NCBI GenBank assembly: GCA_947571655.1
Contig: CANOYR010000001.1
Location: 29,122 to 93,121 of the forward strand
Direction: 5' to 3'
Length of the DNA stretch: 64,000 bases
Origin: an uncultured Bacillales bacterium
GTDB lineage: Bacteria > Bacillota_I > Bacilli_A > RF39 > UBA660
The notes under the pieces were generated by a model, which saw only the letters and a program-made list of their open reading frames with translations, had not been told where the DNA came from and searched no databases. The position numbers were made by a program, and so were the translations under genes. This document shows, piece after piece, positions 42,771-51,666 of this stretch. The first letter of the stretch is position 1. Every line of letters begins with the position of its first letter.

Positions 42771-44324
42771 TTACTTAGCCTCTTCTTGAGCTCTAATTTC
42801 ACGAATAACAGTAACCTTAATTGTTCCTGGATACTGCATAGTAGACTCAATCTGTTCTTTAATATCACGTGCAATTTTATGAGAAGTTAAATCGTCCACT
42901 TCCTCTGGTTTTACAACTACACGAAGCTCTCTACCTGCTTGAACAGCGAATGTCTTCTCAACACCATCAATATCATTTCCAATCGCCTCAAGTTGCTCAA
43001 GTCGCTTAATATAATTCTCTAAAGAATCATTTCTAGCACCTGGACGAGAAGCACTTAAAGAATCTGCAATTGCCACGATGGTAGCAATAACACTCTGTGC
43101 AGCCTCATCACCATGATGAGAAGCTATAGAATCGATAACAACAGGATGCTCATGATACTTTTTAGCAAGATCAACACCAATCGTAACATGACTTCCCTCA
43201 ACCTCATGATCAATAGATTTTCCAATATCATGGAAAAGACCTGCTCTTTTAGCAAGGGCAATATTTTCACCAAGTTCTCCTGCAAGAACTCCAGATAGAT
43301 GAGCAACCTCTATAGAATGCTGAAGTGCATTTTGACCATAACTCGTGCGAAAATGAAGTTTTCCAATAAGTTCTACCAACTCTGGATCTACTTTTGTAAG
43401 ACCAAGTTCAAACAAAGCATCATTCCCATATTCAATAATTTTATTCTTCATATCTTTACTAACTTTGTCATATAACTCTTCAATTCTCGTCGGATGAATT
43501 CTTCCATCTTTCAATAAAGTTTCAAGAGTAACTCGTGCAATCTCACGTCGAAGGGGATCAAAACTCGATAAAACAACTGCTTCTGGAGTATCATCAATAA
43601 TTAAATCAACTCCCGTAATCGCTTCAATCGTTCGAATATTTCTTCCTTCTCGTCCTATAATTCGACCCTTCAAATCATCGTTTGGTAAATTAACTACCGT
43701 TACAGTCTGTTCACTTGCAACATCAGAGGAAAACTTTTGCATAGAACTAACTAGTAATTCTCTTGATTTACGATCAACCTCTAACTTCGCTTCATTCTCA
43801 CTTTCTCGAATATAAGAAGTAATTTCTTTAGACATCGCCTCTTTAACTTTGGCCATTACCATTTCTTTTGCCTTCTCTATTCCAATTCCTGAGATTTCAT
43901 GTAATAAATCTAATTGCTGCTGTTTAATTTCTTCCACTTTTACCTGTTCGTCCTGGATTTCTTTCTGCTTATCAAATAACTTGTTTTCACGCTCATCCAA
44001 AGTGGATTCTCTCTTTTGATAAAGCTCATCACGCCGATCCATACTTTTTTCTCTTTGAATTAAACGTTCTTCAGACATTTTAATCTCATTTTTCTTCTCT
44101 TTTAACTCTTTTTCATATTCTAGTTTTAACTTATGAACTTCTTCTTTTGTTTCAATCACTGCTTCTCTTTTTGCTTTTTCTGCATCTTTTCTTGCCTTTT
44201 CAAGCAATGCTTCCACCTTCTTAGAAGCACTATTTTTTCTATAATAATTAAAAAGAATACATAATCCAAATCCTAAAATTAATCCAATAACGACTAGTAA
44301 AATGGAGAATCCTACTTCTAACAT
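42771..44324 (-). CDS. rny: Ribonuclease Y
   Basis: N-terminal TM, coiled coil, [15 protein letters not shown] domain, HD domain (FHDIGK), SASRPGAR. Confidence 0.97.
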   Translation of the reverse strand: MLEVGFSILLVVIGLILGFGLCILFNYYRKNSASKKVEALLEKARKDAEKAKREAVIETKEEVHKLKLEYEKELKEKKNEIKMSEERLIQREKSMDRRDELYQKRESTLDERENKLFDKQKEIQDEQVKVEEIKQQQLDLLHEISGIGIEKAKEMVMAKVKEAMSKEITSYIRESENEAKLEVDRKSRELLVSSMQKFSSDVASEQTVTVVNLPNDDLKGRIIGREGRNIRTIEAITGVDLIIDDTPEAVVLSSFDPLRREIARVTLETLLKDGRIHPTRIEELYDKVSKDMKNKIIEYGNDALFELGLTKVDPELVELIGKLHFRTSYGQNALQHSIEVAHLSGVLAGELGENIALAKRAGLFHDIGKSIDHEVEGSHVTIGVDLAKKYHEHPVVIDSIASHHGDEAAQSVIATIVAIADSLSASRPGARNDSLENYIKRLEQLEAIGNDIDGVEKTFAVQAGRELRVVVKPEEVDDLTSHKIARDIKEQIESTMQYPGTIKVTVIREIRAQEEAK

Positions 44325-44518
44325 ATTTACCTCCATTCATCTATGTACATAATTATCCTATAATCATTACATCTACTTCTATTTTAAATTTAACAAGAAA
44401 ATAAGTCAAGAATTCTTTCTGCAAAGAATAAAGATAAAAGAAAAAAATACAAAGAAACGGATCAAAAGAGGTCGATTGAAAAAATAAATTCAAAATAAAA
44501 AAGGTGAAAATCACCTCT

Positions 44519-46176
44519 TTAATTTTTAATATCTCGCCGCTTATAAAAGACAATCGTTATAAAAATTAAAATAACACTAATCACTATACTGATAATAAAA
44601 CCATAATTCATACTAAGATTCGTCCTCATAATCGATTGCATATAAAAATCACTTTTATATCGAACCATAAAATAATCTAAATATGGAATTGGAGTATAGC
44701 TTAAAAAACTGAAAAAGGTAAATCCAAGTTGAGAAATAAGTGCCCAAACCGTAATTGAGAAAATAGATAAAACGGAAACAACACTAGCAGTGAAAGAAGT
44801 ATTTAAAGTAAGTGCAGATAAACTAAATAAAATAGATAGAAAACAACAAACTGGAATTCCACAAATTAAAAGTTCCTTCAAATACCATAGAAAATAATTG
44901 ATAGTTGTAACTTTCTCGTTCGAAACAATTAGCTTTGCAGTAAATAAATCCTCAAACCCAAAACGAAATCCAACAATTAAAAATAAAAGGAACGAAGCAA
45001 GAAACCAAAGGAAATAAGTATTTAAAATTAAGTATAATAATTTAGAAATTAAAATTTTTCCTCGTCGAACAGGTTTCGTTAATAACAATTTAACAGTCCC
45101 ACTATCATGCTCACGAGAAACAATTCCTGCATGCATAATAGCCGATAAAAATAAGATAAAAATAAGATAAAAAATCCTAAATGAAGTCCCATATTCATAA
45201 AATTTTTAGACGATAAATAAGAATAACTAAAGTCATCTACCAAATATGCATCATGCTTTACTTCATTATGAAATGCATACTCTACAATTTTTAAATTCTT
45301 TTGTTCCTCTTTCTGCCTCTCCTCATAGAATCTCTTTGTTAATTCATAACTTCCCATATCATAAGACATAGAAGATAAGCTGTAATCCTCCAGACTAAGA
45401 GGTTCTTGTTTTACAGCATTCAATAAATTCAAATATTGCCATGCATTTAGCACTCGAAAATCCTTCTCATCCATAAACTGATGATCAATGATATATTGTT
45501 CTACTTCTAATGCTTCTCGATTTAATTCTAAATCATGTTGATTCGCATACACAAGTTCTCTCTCATATTCCGACTTCACATATAAATAATAAGCATTTTG
45601 ATCAAGTGCATTTTTAGAAGAAGAATTACCTTTCTGAATCATTTCTAATACTTGCTTCAGTTCTTCTTTTGAAGAGTTCTTATAAGACTCTAAAAAATTA
45701 TAATAATACTGCTTAAAACGACCATAAGTATCAAAGGTAGGATACTCCTTATTTTCATCTAAATATTTACTGAAATATGGATCTTGATAGTGAGTTAATA
45801 ATTGACTCAATACAACTTCTTCAGAAATAGAATAGTATAGAGAAAAGACAAGATTGTTTTGCCATAAAGAAAGATCTGTATTACCAACAAGCTCATAAGC
45901 CTTCCTATAAATCGGTTCTATTTTCTAAAAAATTTGAACAATTGCCTCATGTTCTAAGGTCGGGTTCTTCTCATACTCAGCCTGTGCCTTCTCATAATCT
46001 ACAGTAAATTCTTCCAAAGACAATTGAGCAGAAGTATAACTGGATCGATTCCCAAAGAAAGATTCAAATTGAATGAAAGCCAAACAACTAAGTGTCAAAA
46101 CAAATAGAAGAAAACACAGTTTTTTAATAGAAAAATTCTTTATAAATTCACACTGAATTAATCGAATCATTTGCAT
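44519..46176 (-). pseudogene. ABC-2 type permease broken into three ORFs
   Basis: In-frame TAG at 45925-45927 (frame continues KIEPIYRKAYEL... into 45079..45810); 11-bp duplication GATAAAAATAA at 45144-45165 shifts frame just before AGIVSREHDSGTVKLLLTKP. Confidence 0.85.
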
Positions 46177-46184
46177 ATCATCAC

Positions 46185-46907
46185 CTACTTTATCTTCCCT
46201 GTTGTTTTTTCTAAGAATTCATCTTCTAAACTGATATTTTTCTCTTTAATCTCGTCAATTGATACACTTTCAATAATAGAACCATGATCAATTAAAATAA
46301 TACGATCACAAATATTTTCAACCTCTGATAAAATATGACTGGAAATTAGAATGGTCATTCCATAGATACGTCTAATCTCTTTTAACATCTCTCTTAGTTC
46401 TTTAATCCCAAGAGGATCAAGTCCATTCGTAGGTTCATCTAAAATCAACAATTTAGGTTGATTTAAAAGAGCTTGAGCAAGTCCCAATCTTTGTTTCATT
46501 CCCAAAGAATAAGTCTTTACCTTATCATCAATTCGGTCTTCTAATTTTACTAATTGAATAATCGTATCCATACTTTTCTTATTCTTAGTAATTCCATTCA
46601 TTAAAGAAGCAATCTTCAAGTTTTTTCTTCCTGAAATATTTTGATATAAATCTGGATTTTCTACAATGCACCCAACATTCTTTAAAGCATCCTCAAAACG
46701 ATCTTTCACACTGCAATCACAGATTTTAATAGAACCAGAATCAATTTTATAAAGACCCAAAATAGACTTAATAAATGTAGATTTTCCAGCACCATTAGGT
46801 CCAACAAATCCAACTATTTCTCCCTCTTCTAAAATAAGATCAATAGAATGTAGTATCTCTTTTGATTGAAACCTTTTAGAAACCCCCTGGACCTCTAATA
46901 TTTTCAT
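46185..46907 (-). CDS. ABC transporter ATP-binding protein (BcrA-like)
   Basis: GPNGAGKST, YSLGMKQRLG, LILDEPTNGLD, ISSHIL. Confidence 0.93.
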   Translation of the reverse strand: MKILEVQGVSKRFQSKEILHSIDLILEEGEIVGFVGPNGAGKSTFIKSILGLYKIDSGSIKICDCSVKDRFEDALKNVGCIVENPDLYQNISGRKNLKIASLMNGITKNKKSMDTIIQLVKLEDRIDDKVKTYSLGMKQRLGLAQALLNQPKLLILDEPTNGLDPLGIKELREMLKEIRRIYGMTILISSHILSEVENICDRIILIDHGSIIESVSIDEIKEKNISLEDEFLEKTTGKIK

Positions 46908-47015
46908 ATAAACACTCCTATTATTTATAACAATATCATGATTCATTTAAAATAACAATGATTATTCAATAAAGCATTATCAAAACAAAAAAAGAAACTC
47001 ATACAATAAAAGTTT

Positions 47016-48029
47016 CTATTTTTTCTCAGTAATTGCATAATATTCACGAACCTTTGCTTCAATTTCAGCAGTAAGATCCTTATGATCCTTTAAAAATAAT
47101 TTTACATTTTCTTTTCCTTGCCCAATTTTTTCGCCCTGATAAGAATACCAAGCACCACTCTTGTCTAAAACACCACAATCACTTGCCAAATCAATTAATT
47201 CTCCCTCACGTGAAACTCCTTCTCCATACATAATATCGACAACTGCTGTTTTAAATGGTGGGGCAACTTTATTTTTAACAACTTTCACATTGGTTTTATT
47301 TCCAACAATTCCATCCCCCATTTTTAATGCTTCACTACGACGAACATCCAAACGGATACTAGAATAAAACTTTAATGCTCTCCCACCTGGTGTCGTTTCT
47401 GGATTTCCGAACATAACACCAACCTTTTCTCGTAATTGATTAATAAAAATAGCCGTTGTTTTTGTTTTGTTAATGGTACCTGAAAGTTTTCGAAGTGCCT
47501 GACTCATAAGTCGAGCTTGAAGTCCAACATGAGAATCACCCATATCTCCATCAATCTCAGCCTGTGGAACAAGAGCTGCCACACTATCGATAACAACAAT
47601 ACTAACTGCCTCACTACGAACCAAAGCCTCGCAAATTTCTAAAGCTTGTTCTCCAGTATCTGGTTGTGCCAGTAAAAGTTCATTAATATCAACACCTAAA
47701 TTTTTCGCATAAACTGGATCTAAGGCATGCTCAGCATCAATAAATGCTGCACGCCCTCCTCGTTTTTGTACCTCTGCAATTGCATGAAGTGCAAACGTCG
47801 TTTTTCCACTTGACTCTGGTCCATAAATTTCTATAATTCTTCCCTTCGGATATCCCCCAACACCTAAAGCAATATCTAATGATAAACTCCCACTTGGAGT
47901 TACATCTAATTCCAAATGTTTATTTTCTCCAAGTTTCATAATGGAACCTTTTCCAAATTGTTTCTCAATATCATTTAAAACTTTCTCTAAAGCCATATCC
48001 TTACTTACATTATTCTCTGCCTTTGCCAT
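47016..48029 (-). CDS. recA: Recombinase A
   Basis: [39 protein letters not shown]. Confidence 0.99.
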   Translation of the reverse strand: MAKAENNVSKDMALEKVLNDIEKQFGKGSIMKLGENKHLELDVTPSGSLSLDIALGVGGYPKGRIIEIYGPESSGKTTFALHAIAEVQKRGGRAAFIDAEHALDPVYAKNLGVDINELLLAQPDTGEQALEICEALVRSEAVSIVVIDSVAALVPQAEIDGDMGDSHVGLQARLMSQALRKLSGTINKTKTTAIFINQLREKVGVMFGNPETTPGGRALKFYSSIRLDVRRSEALKMGDGIVGNKTNVKVVKNKVAPPFKTAVVDIMYGEGVSREGELIDLASDCGVLDKSGAWYSYQGEKIGQGKENVKLFLKDHKDLTAEIEAKVREYYAITEKK

Positions 48030-48100
48030 AAAAACCTCCTATATTTATCATCCTGACAACCTAATCATAATATAATTTTTCGAAAAATGCAACACTTTTT

Positions 48101-48114
48101 CAAACAAATGTTTT
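48101..48114. promoter_or_regulatory. LexA box-like site upstream of recA promoter
   Basis: CAAACAAATGTTTT (AAAC-N4-GTTT) just upstream of TTGCAT-N17-TATGAT on - strand. Confidence 0.55.
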
Positions 48115-48165
48115 ATAAAATATTAAAACGGATGAACCCACATTTCTCTATCTATTATTATACAG

Positions 48166-48190
48166 AAAAAAAAGTCCACTTGGACTTTTA
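48166..48190 (-). terminator. Intrinsic terminator after pgsA
   Basis: AAAAGTCCA-ct-TGGACTTTT hairpin with T tract on - strand. Confidence 0.7.
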
Positions 48191-48775
48191 ATCATCAAAA
48201 AGTATTTTTTTATTGAGCGAATAATACTGAAACATCGAAACCAAAGACATAATAGTCGCAAAATAAATAAAAAATAAATCAATTCGAATTCCCAGATACT
48301 CAAAAGGCATATTACTAAAAAACAAAAGAATAATCCCAATCATCATAGTAGCAGTCTTAATTTTTCCAGATCCAATCGCTGCAATTACTTTTCCCTTGTG
48401 AGCAGCTTCCATTCGAATGGAATTAACAACAATATCTCGCATAACAACAACAACAGGAACAATAGGATGAAGAAATCCCTCTGCCGTAAAAATAATCAAA
48501 ATAGGATTGACCAAAATCTTATCAGCGATAGCATCAAGCATCTTTCCACAATCAGTAACCATATCATATTTTCTTGCAAGATATCCATCTAAAAAATCTG
48601 TGAAGCTAGCAAAAAGAAAAATAACTCCTGCAATAATATAACGTAAATCCATATCAATCACTGTTCGAACGACTGGAAGTTCAAGTCCCACCAAATCAAA
48701 AGGAAAAATTAGCAACAAAATAATAAAAATTGAAAGTACAACTCGAACTACAGTTAATTTAGTAGGTAAATTCAT
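48188..48775 (-). CDS. pgsA: CDP-diacylglycerol--glycerol-3-phosphate 3-phosphatidyltransferase
   Basis: MNLPTKLT, TDFLDGYLAR...GKMLDAIADK motif. Confidence 0.95.
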   Translation of the reverse strand: MNLPTKLTVVRVVLSIFIILLLIFPFDLVGLELPVVRTVIDMDLRYIIAGVIFLFASFTDFLDGYLARKYDMVTDCGKMLDAIADKILVNPILIIFTAEGFLHPIVPVVVVMRDIVVNSIRMEAAHKGKVIAAIGSGKIKTATMMIGIILLFFSNMPFEYLGIRIDLFFIYFATIMSLVSMFQYYSLNKKILFDD

Positions 48776-49247
48776 AAATATCACTTCCATTTCCTAACAA
48801 TTCATTTGTAATGACTGAATCCTTTGAAGAAATTTTAAAAATAATCAAAAATAAAAGTAAAATAACCACAAGGCCAACAACTGCTCCAATGATTGGCTTT
48901 ATAGGAAGATTTTTCTTCTCTTTTACCTGCGTATAGGGGGAAGAAATCTGCTTTTCTAAAGAAGAATTCTTCTTTTTATTAACGACTGCATCCAAAGAAA
49001 TCTTCGATGTCTTTTCAAACATAAAATCATTAAATTCATCGGATAATTTATTAACATTTAATCCCAAATATTTGGCGTAATCTTTTACATAGTTTCTTAG
49101 AGAATAAATATCCTTAAAAGCACGAACATTTCCCTCTTCAATATTTTCTAGTTGAACAACAGACATATTTAAGTCTTCACTTGCTTCTTCTAGACTAACA
49201 CCATTTTTTATTCGAGACTGCTTTAAATACTTACCGATTTCTCTCAT
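48759..49247 (-). CDS. RodZ/YmfM-like HTH membrane protein (short, little extracellular domain)
   Basis: IGKYLKQSR...LENIEEG...YAKYLGL HTH, C-terminal TM, upstream of pgsA. Confidence 0.8.
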   Translation of the reverse strand: MREIGKYLKQSRIKNGVSLEEASEDLNMSVVQLENIEEGNVRAFKDIYSLRNYVKDYAKYLGLNVNKLSDEFNDFMFEKTSKISLDAVVNKKKNSSLEKQISSPYTQVKEKKNLPIKPIIGAVVGLVVILLLFLIIFKISSKDSVITNELLGNGSDIYEFTY

Positions 49248-49276
49248 CTAAAACACCTCTATTAATCAATATAATA

Positions 49277-49606
49277 ATACTTTATAAGCCATGTTCTGTA
49301 CCTATTCCTAGGCGACAAACATTTATCTACCGAATTTCGGTCCTCGATTCCGTTAGAATTCCTTCCTCGAAGCTCCCCTACCAAATTTGGGTTTCTCACT
49401 CGCGGGGTTTACCACGTTTCACTTGTTTCTTTCGAAAAAAATCGTCACTGCGGCACTTTACAATTACTGATTCCATATTCTAAGAACTTAGGAACTTTCA
49501 TCGCCGTTAGCATTAAGCTACCTAAGGTTATTTTTTCCCTTAGCACGAACACTAAAAGCATTCCAGCTTTTGTGAGCATGGACTTTCCTCTATATTATAA
49601 AAATAC
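49277..49606 (-). ncRNA. rnpB: RNase P RNA, type B
   Basis: - strand GAGGAAAGTCCATGCTC near 5' end, AAGTGCCGCAG, GGTAAACCCC, and ACAGAACATGGCTTAT near 3' end; follows gpsB as in Bacilli. Confidence 0.95.
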
Positions 49607-49625
49607 AGCGTTTGTCAAAATATTA

Positions 49626-49985
49626 TTATAAATTTTCTTCGCTTTCTGAATCCTCATCTAAAGCAGAAGATTTTCCATATACAATCTTCTCGAGATTAGA
49701 AACACGACGAATAATATCCATATTCGTAACCTCTTTATCACTTGCTTTTGCAATATCAATACTCATACGAACATTTCTAAGTTCCCTTTTTAGACCCATG
49801 ATTTCTTTTAGCAATTCTTCCTTTTCCCTTTCCATAGCCTTAATTATTGCATAGAATTGCTCATAATCACCGATAATCTGATCTAAAAATTGATCGACTT
49901 CTTTTAATCGATACCCTCTCGTATCGATTTTAAATTCCCTTTCTAATATATCTTGTGGTGTTAAAGAAATCTTTTCTTGCATCAT
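49626..49985 (-). CDS. gpsB: GpsB/DivIVA-domain cell division protein
   Basis: LTPQDILEREF...RGY...EVDQFLD; C-terminal TNMDIIRRVSNLEKIVYG. Confidence 0.9.
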   Translation of the reverse strand: MMQEKISLTPQDILEREFKIDTRGYRLKEVDQFLDQIIGDYEQFYAIIKAMEREKEELLKEIMGLKRELRNVRMSIDIAKASDKEVTNMDIIRRVSNLEKIVYGKSSALDEDSESEENL

Positions 49986-50035
49986 TTTATCACCAATCCC
50001 TTACGCTATTATTATCCCAAAAAACTTAATAATTG

Positions 50036-50752
50036 TCAACGAAAAGAGCCAAGCCCCTCCGTAATATAAAAATCCCCATATTTTTTCGCCTTTTGAAGTT
50101 CCTTCTCTGTACGAATCGTCCACAAATAAATAGGAATATTCGCTCTTCGAATCGCTTTTAAAAAGTCCGAATTTCCACCATGAATATCATAAGAAACAAA
50201 GTCTGGTCGAACAACATGTTGAACAAAAAAAGAACAATTGACTAATAAATAATACCAATAATATTGAGCCTTTGGATTTGGGGAAATGAGTAATCCTACA
50301 GGATATCTTTTTTTTCTCAAAAACCATCGGACAATTCGAAAATCAAAAGACTGAATTTTAACTGGTCCAGAATACTTCAAAAGAAGCTCCCATAACGCCT
50401 GACAAACCTTCCTATAATTTTTAGAACGTTTCACCTCAATCAAAAGAGAAACTTTCCCATTCACTAATTCCAAAACTTCCAACAATAAAGGAATTTTTCC
50501 CTTTCCACCAAGAAATGAAAATTGTAATAGTTCAGAATAATTACAATCCTCTACTCTTTGATCAATTCCCATCAAACGTTTTAATGTAGAATCATGAAAA
50601 ACAACTAATTGATGATCTTTCGTTAAATAAACATCTAATTCAATCGGGAAAGAATAACGAATACTCTTAGAAAATGCCTCTAATGTATTTTCAATGATTC
50701 CATCTCCATGATACCCCCGATGAGAAATAATATTAGAAAACTTCTGCCTCAT
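50036..50752 (-). CDS. Glycerophosphodiester phosphodiesterase family protein
   Basis: ISHRGYH, ENTLEAF, IELDV, VVFHD, LIEVK, QSFD. Confidence 0.9.
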   Translation of the reverse strand: MRQKFSNIISHRGYHGDGIIENTLEAFSKSIRYSFPIELDVYLTKDHQLVVFHDSTLKRLMGIDQRVEDCNYSELLQFSFLGGKGKIPLLLEVLELVNGKVSLLIEVKRSKNYRKVCQALWELLLKYSGPVKIQSFDFRIVRWFLRKKRYPVGLLISPNPKAQYYWYYLLVNCSFFVQHVVRPDFVSYDIHGGNSDFLKAIRRANIPIYLWTIRTEKELQKAKKYGDFYITEGLGSFR

Positions 50753-50891
50753 CCTCTAAATTCTCCTTTAACAACAATTTCCTACTCTTCATTATACCAC
50801 GATGATACCGTTTTGTCCCCATATAAAGTTGAATCATTAAGGTATCTTGTTCCATTTTTCCAAGTTCCTCAATTACATATAAAAATCTCAC
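50733..50891 (-). CDS. Small 52-aa protein not in ORF track
   Basis: GAGGTG RBS 6 nt before GTG; MRFLYVIEELGKMEQDTLMIQLYMGTKRYHRGIMKSRKLLLKENLEDEAEVF; overlaps GDPD start by 20 nt. Confidence 0.5.
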   Translation of the reverse strand: MRFLYVIEELGKMEQDTLMIQLYMGTKRYHRGIMKSRKLLLKENLEDEAEVF

Positions 50892-51035
50892 TAGAATCAC
50901 CTCAACATAAATCTACAACATTTTTGTATTTTTTACATTAAATTCGACAATACTAGAAAAAATAAGACAATTTTTCTTTAAAAAAAACATGGTAAAAAAA
51001 GGAATTTTATAGTATAATGCAATATAGGTGACATT

Positions 51036-51665
51036 ATGGAAAAACAAAACATATTAAAAAGAAATCAAAACAACCCGACAAATGGCACTTATAAAAATGA
51101 ATTACATCAACTATTCAGTCAAAAAAAAATTAACTACAAAGGACGTGGCATGGGCTTAGAAGAAGATTTAAATAAGTCAAATGAATTTTACCGTCAAAAA
51201 AAAATTGCCTTTATCTATAAGAAACCAACCCCAATCAAACTAGTCAAAGTAGATTATCCATCTAGGCAAAACAAAATTACAGGAGTAAAAATCAAAGAAG
51301 CCTATTTTGAATCTCCCTCTACAACAGATTATAATGGAGTATATCAAGGAAAATATATTGACTTCGAAGCAAAAGAAACAAAAAACAAAACCTCTTTTCC
51401 TTTAGAAAACATCCATATTCATCAAATCAATCATCTAAGAAATATCACGGAGTGTGGTGGAATTGGTTTCTTAATTGTTCGTTTCTTAGTACAAAAAGAA
51501 ACTTATCTATTAAAAGCCACAGACTTTTTTAATTACTTAGAAACAGAATCTAGAAAATCAATTCCCTATTCTTATTTTCAAGAAAAAGGATATAAAATTG
51601 AAGAATCTATGTTTCCAAGATTAGACTATTTAAAAATAGTAGACAAGATGATTGGAGGTATTTAA
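51036..51665 (+). CDS. recU: Holliday junction resolvase RecU
   Basis: RGMGLE, KKPTPI, STTDYNGVYQGKYIDFEAKET, HQINHL. Confidence 0.97.
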   Translation: MEKQNILKRNQNNPTNGTYKNELHQLFSQKKINYKGRGMGLEEDLNKSNEFYRQKKIAFIYKKPTPIKLVKVDYPSRQNKITGVKIKEAYFESPSTTDYNGVYQGKYIDFEAKETKNKTSFPLENIHIHQINHLRNITECGGIGFLIVRFLVQKETYLLKATDFFNYLETESRKSIPYSYFQEKGYKIEESMFPRLDYLKIVDKMIGGI

Positions 51666-51666
51666 T

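Noticed and set aside
44353-44553. Short Phe-rich ORFs in intergenic or antisense positions (also 42662..42874, 48148..48339, 50708..50941)
   Set aside because: Composition reflects poly-A/T intergenic DNA; they overlap promoters or terminators and lack RBS
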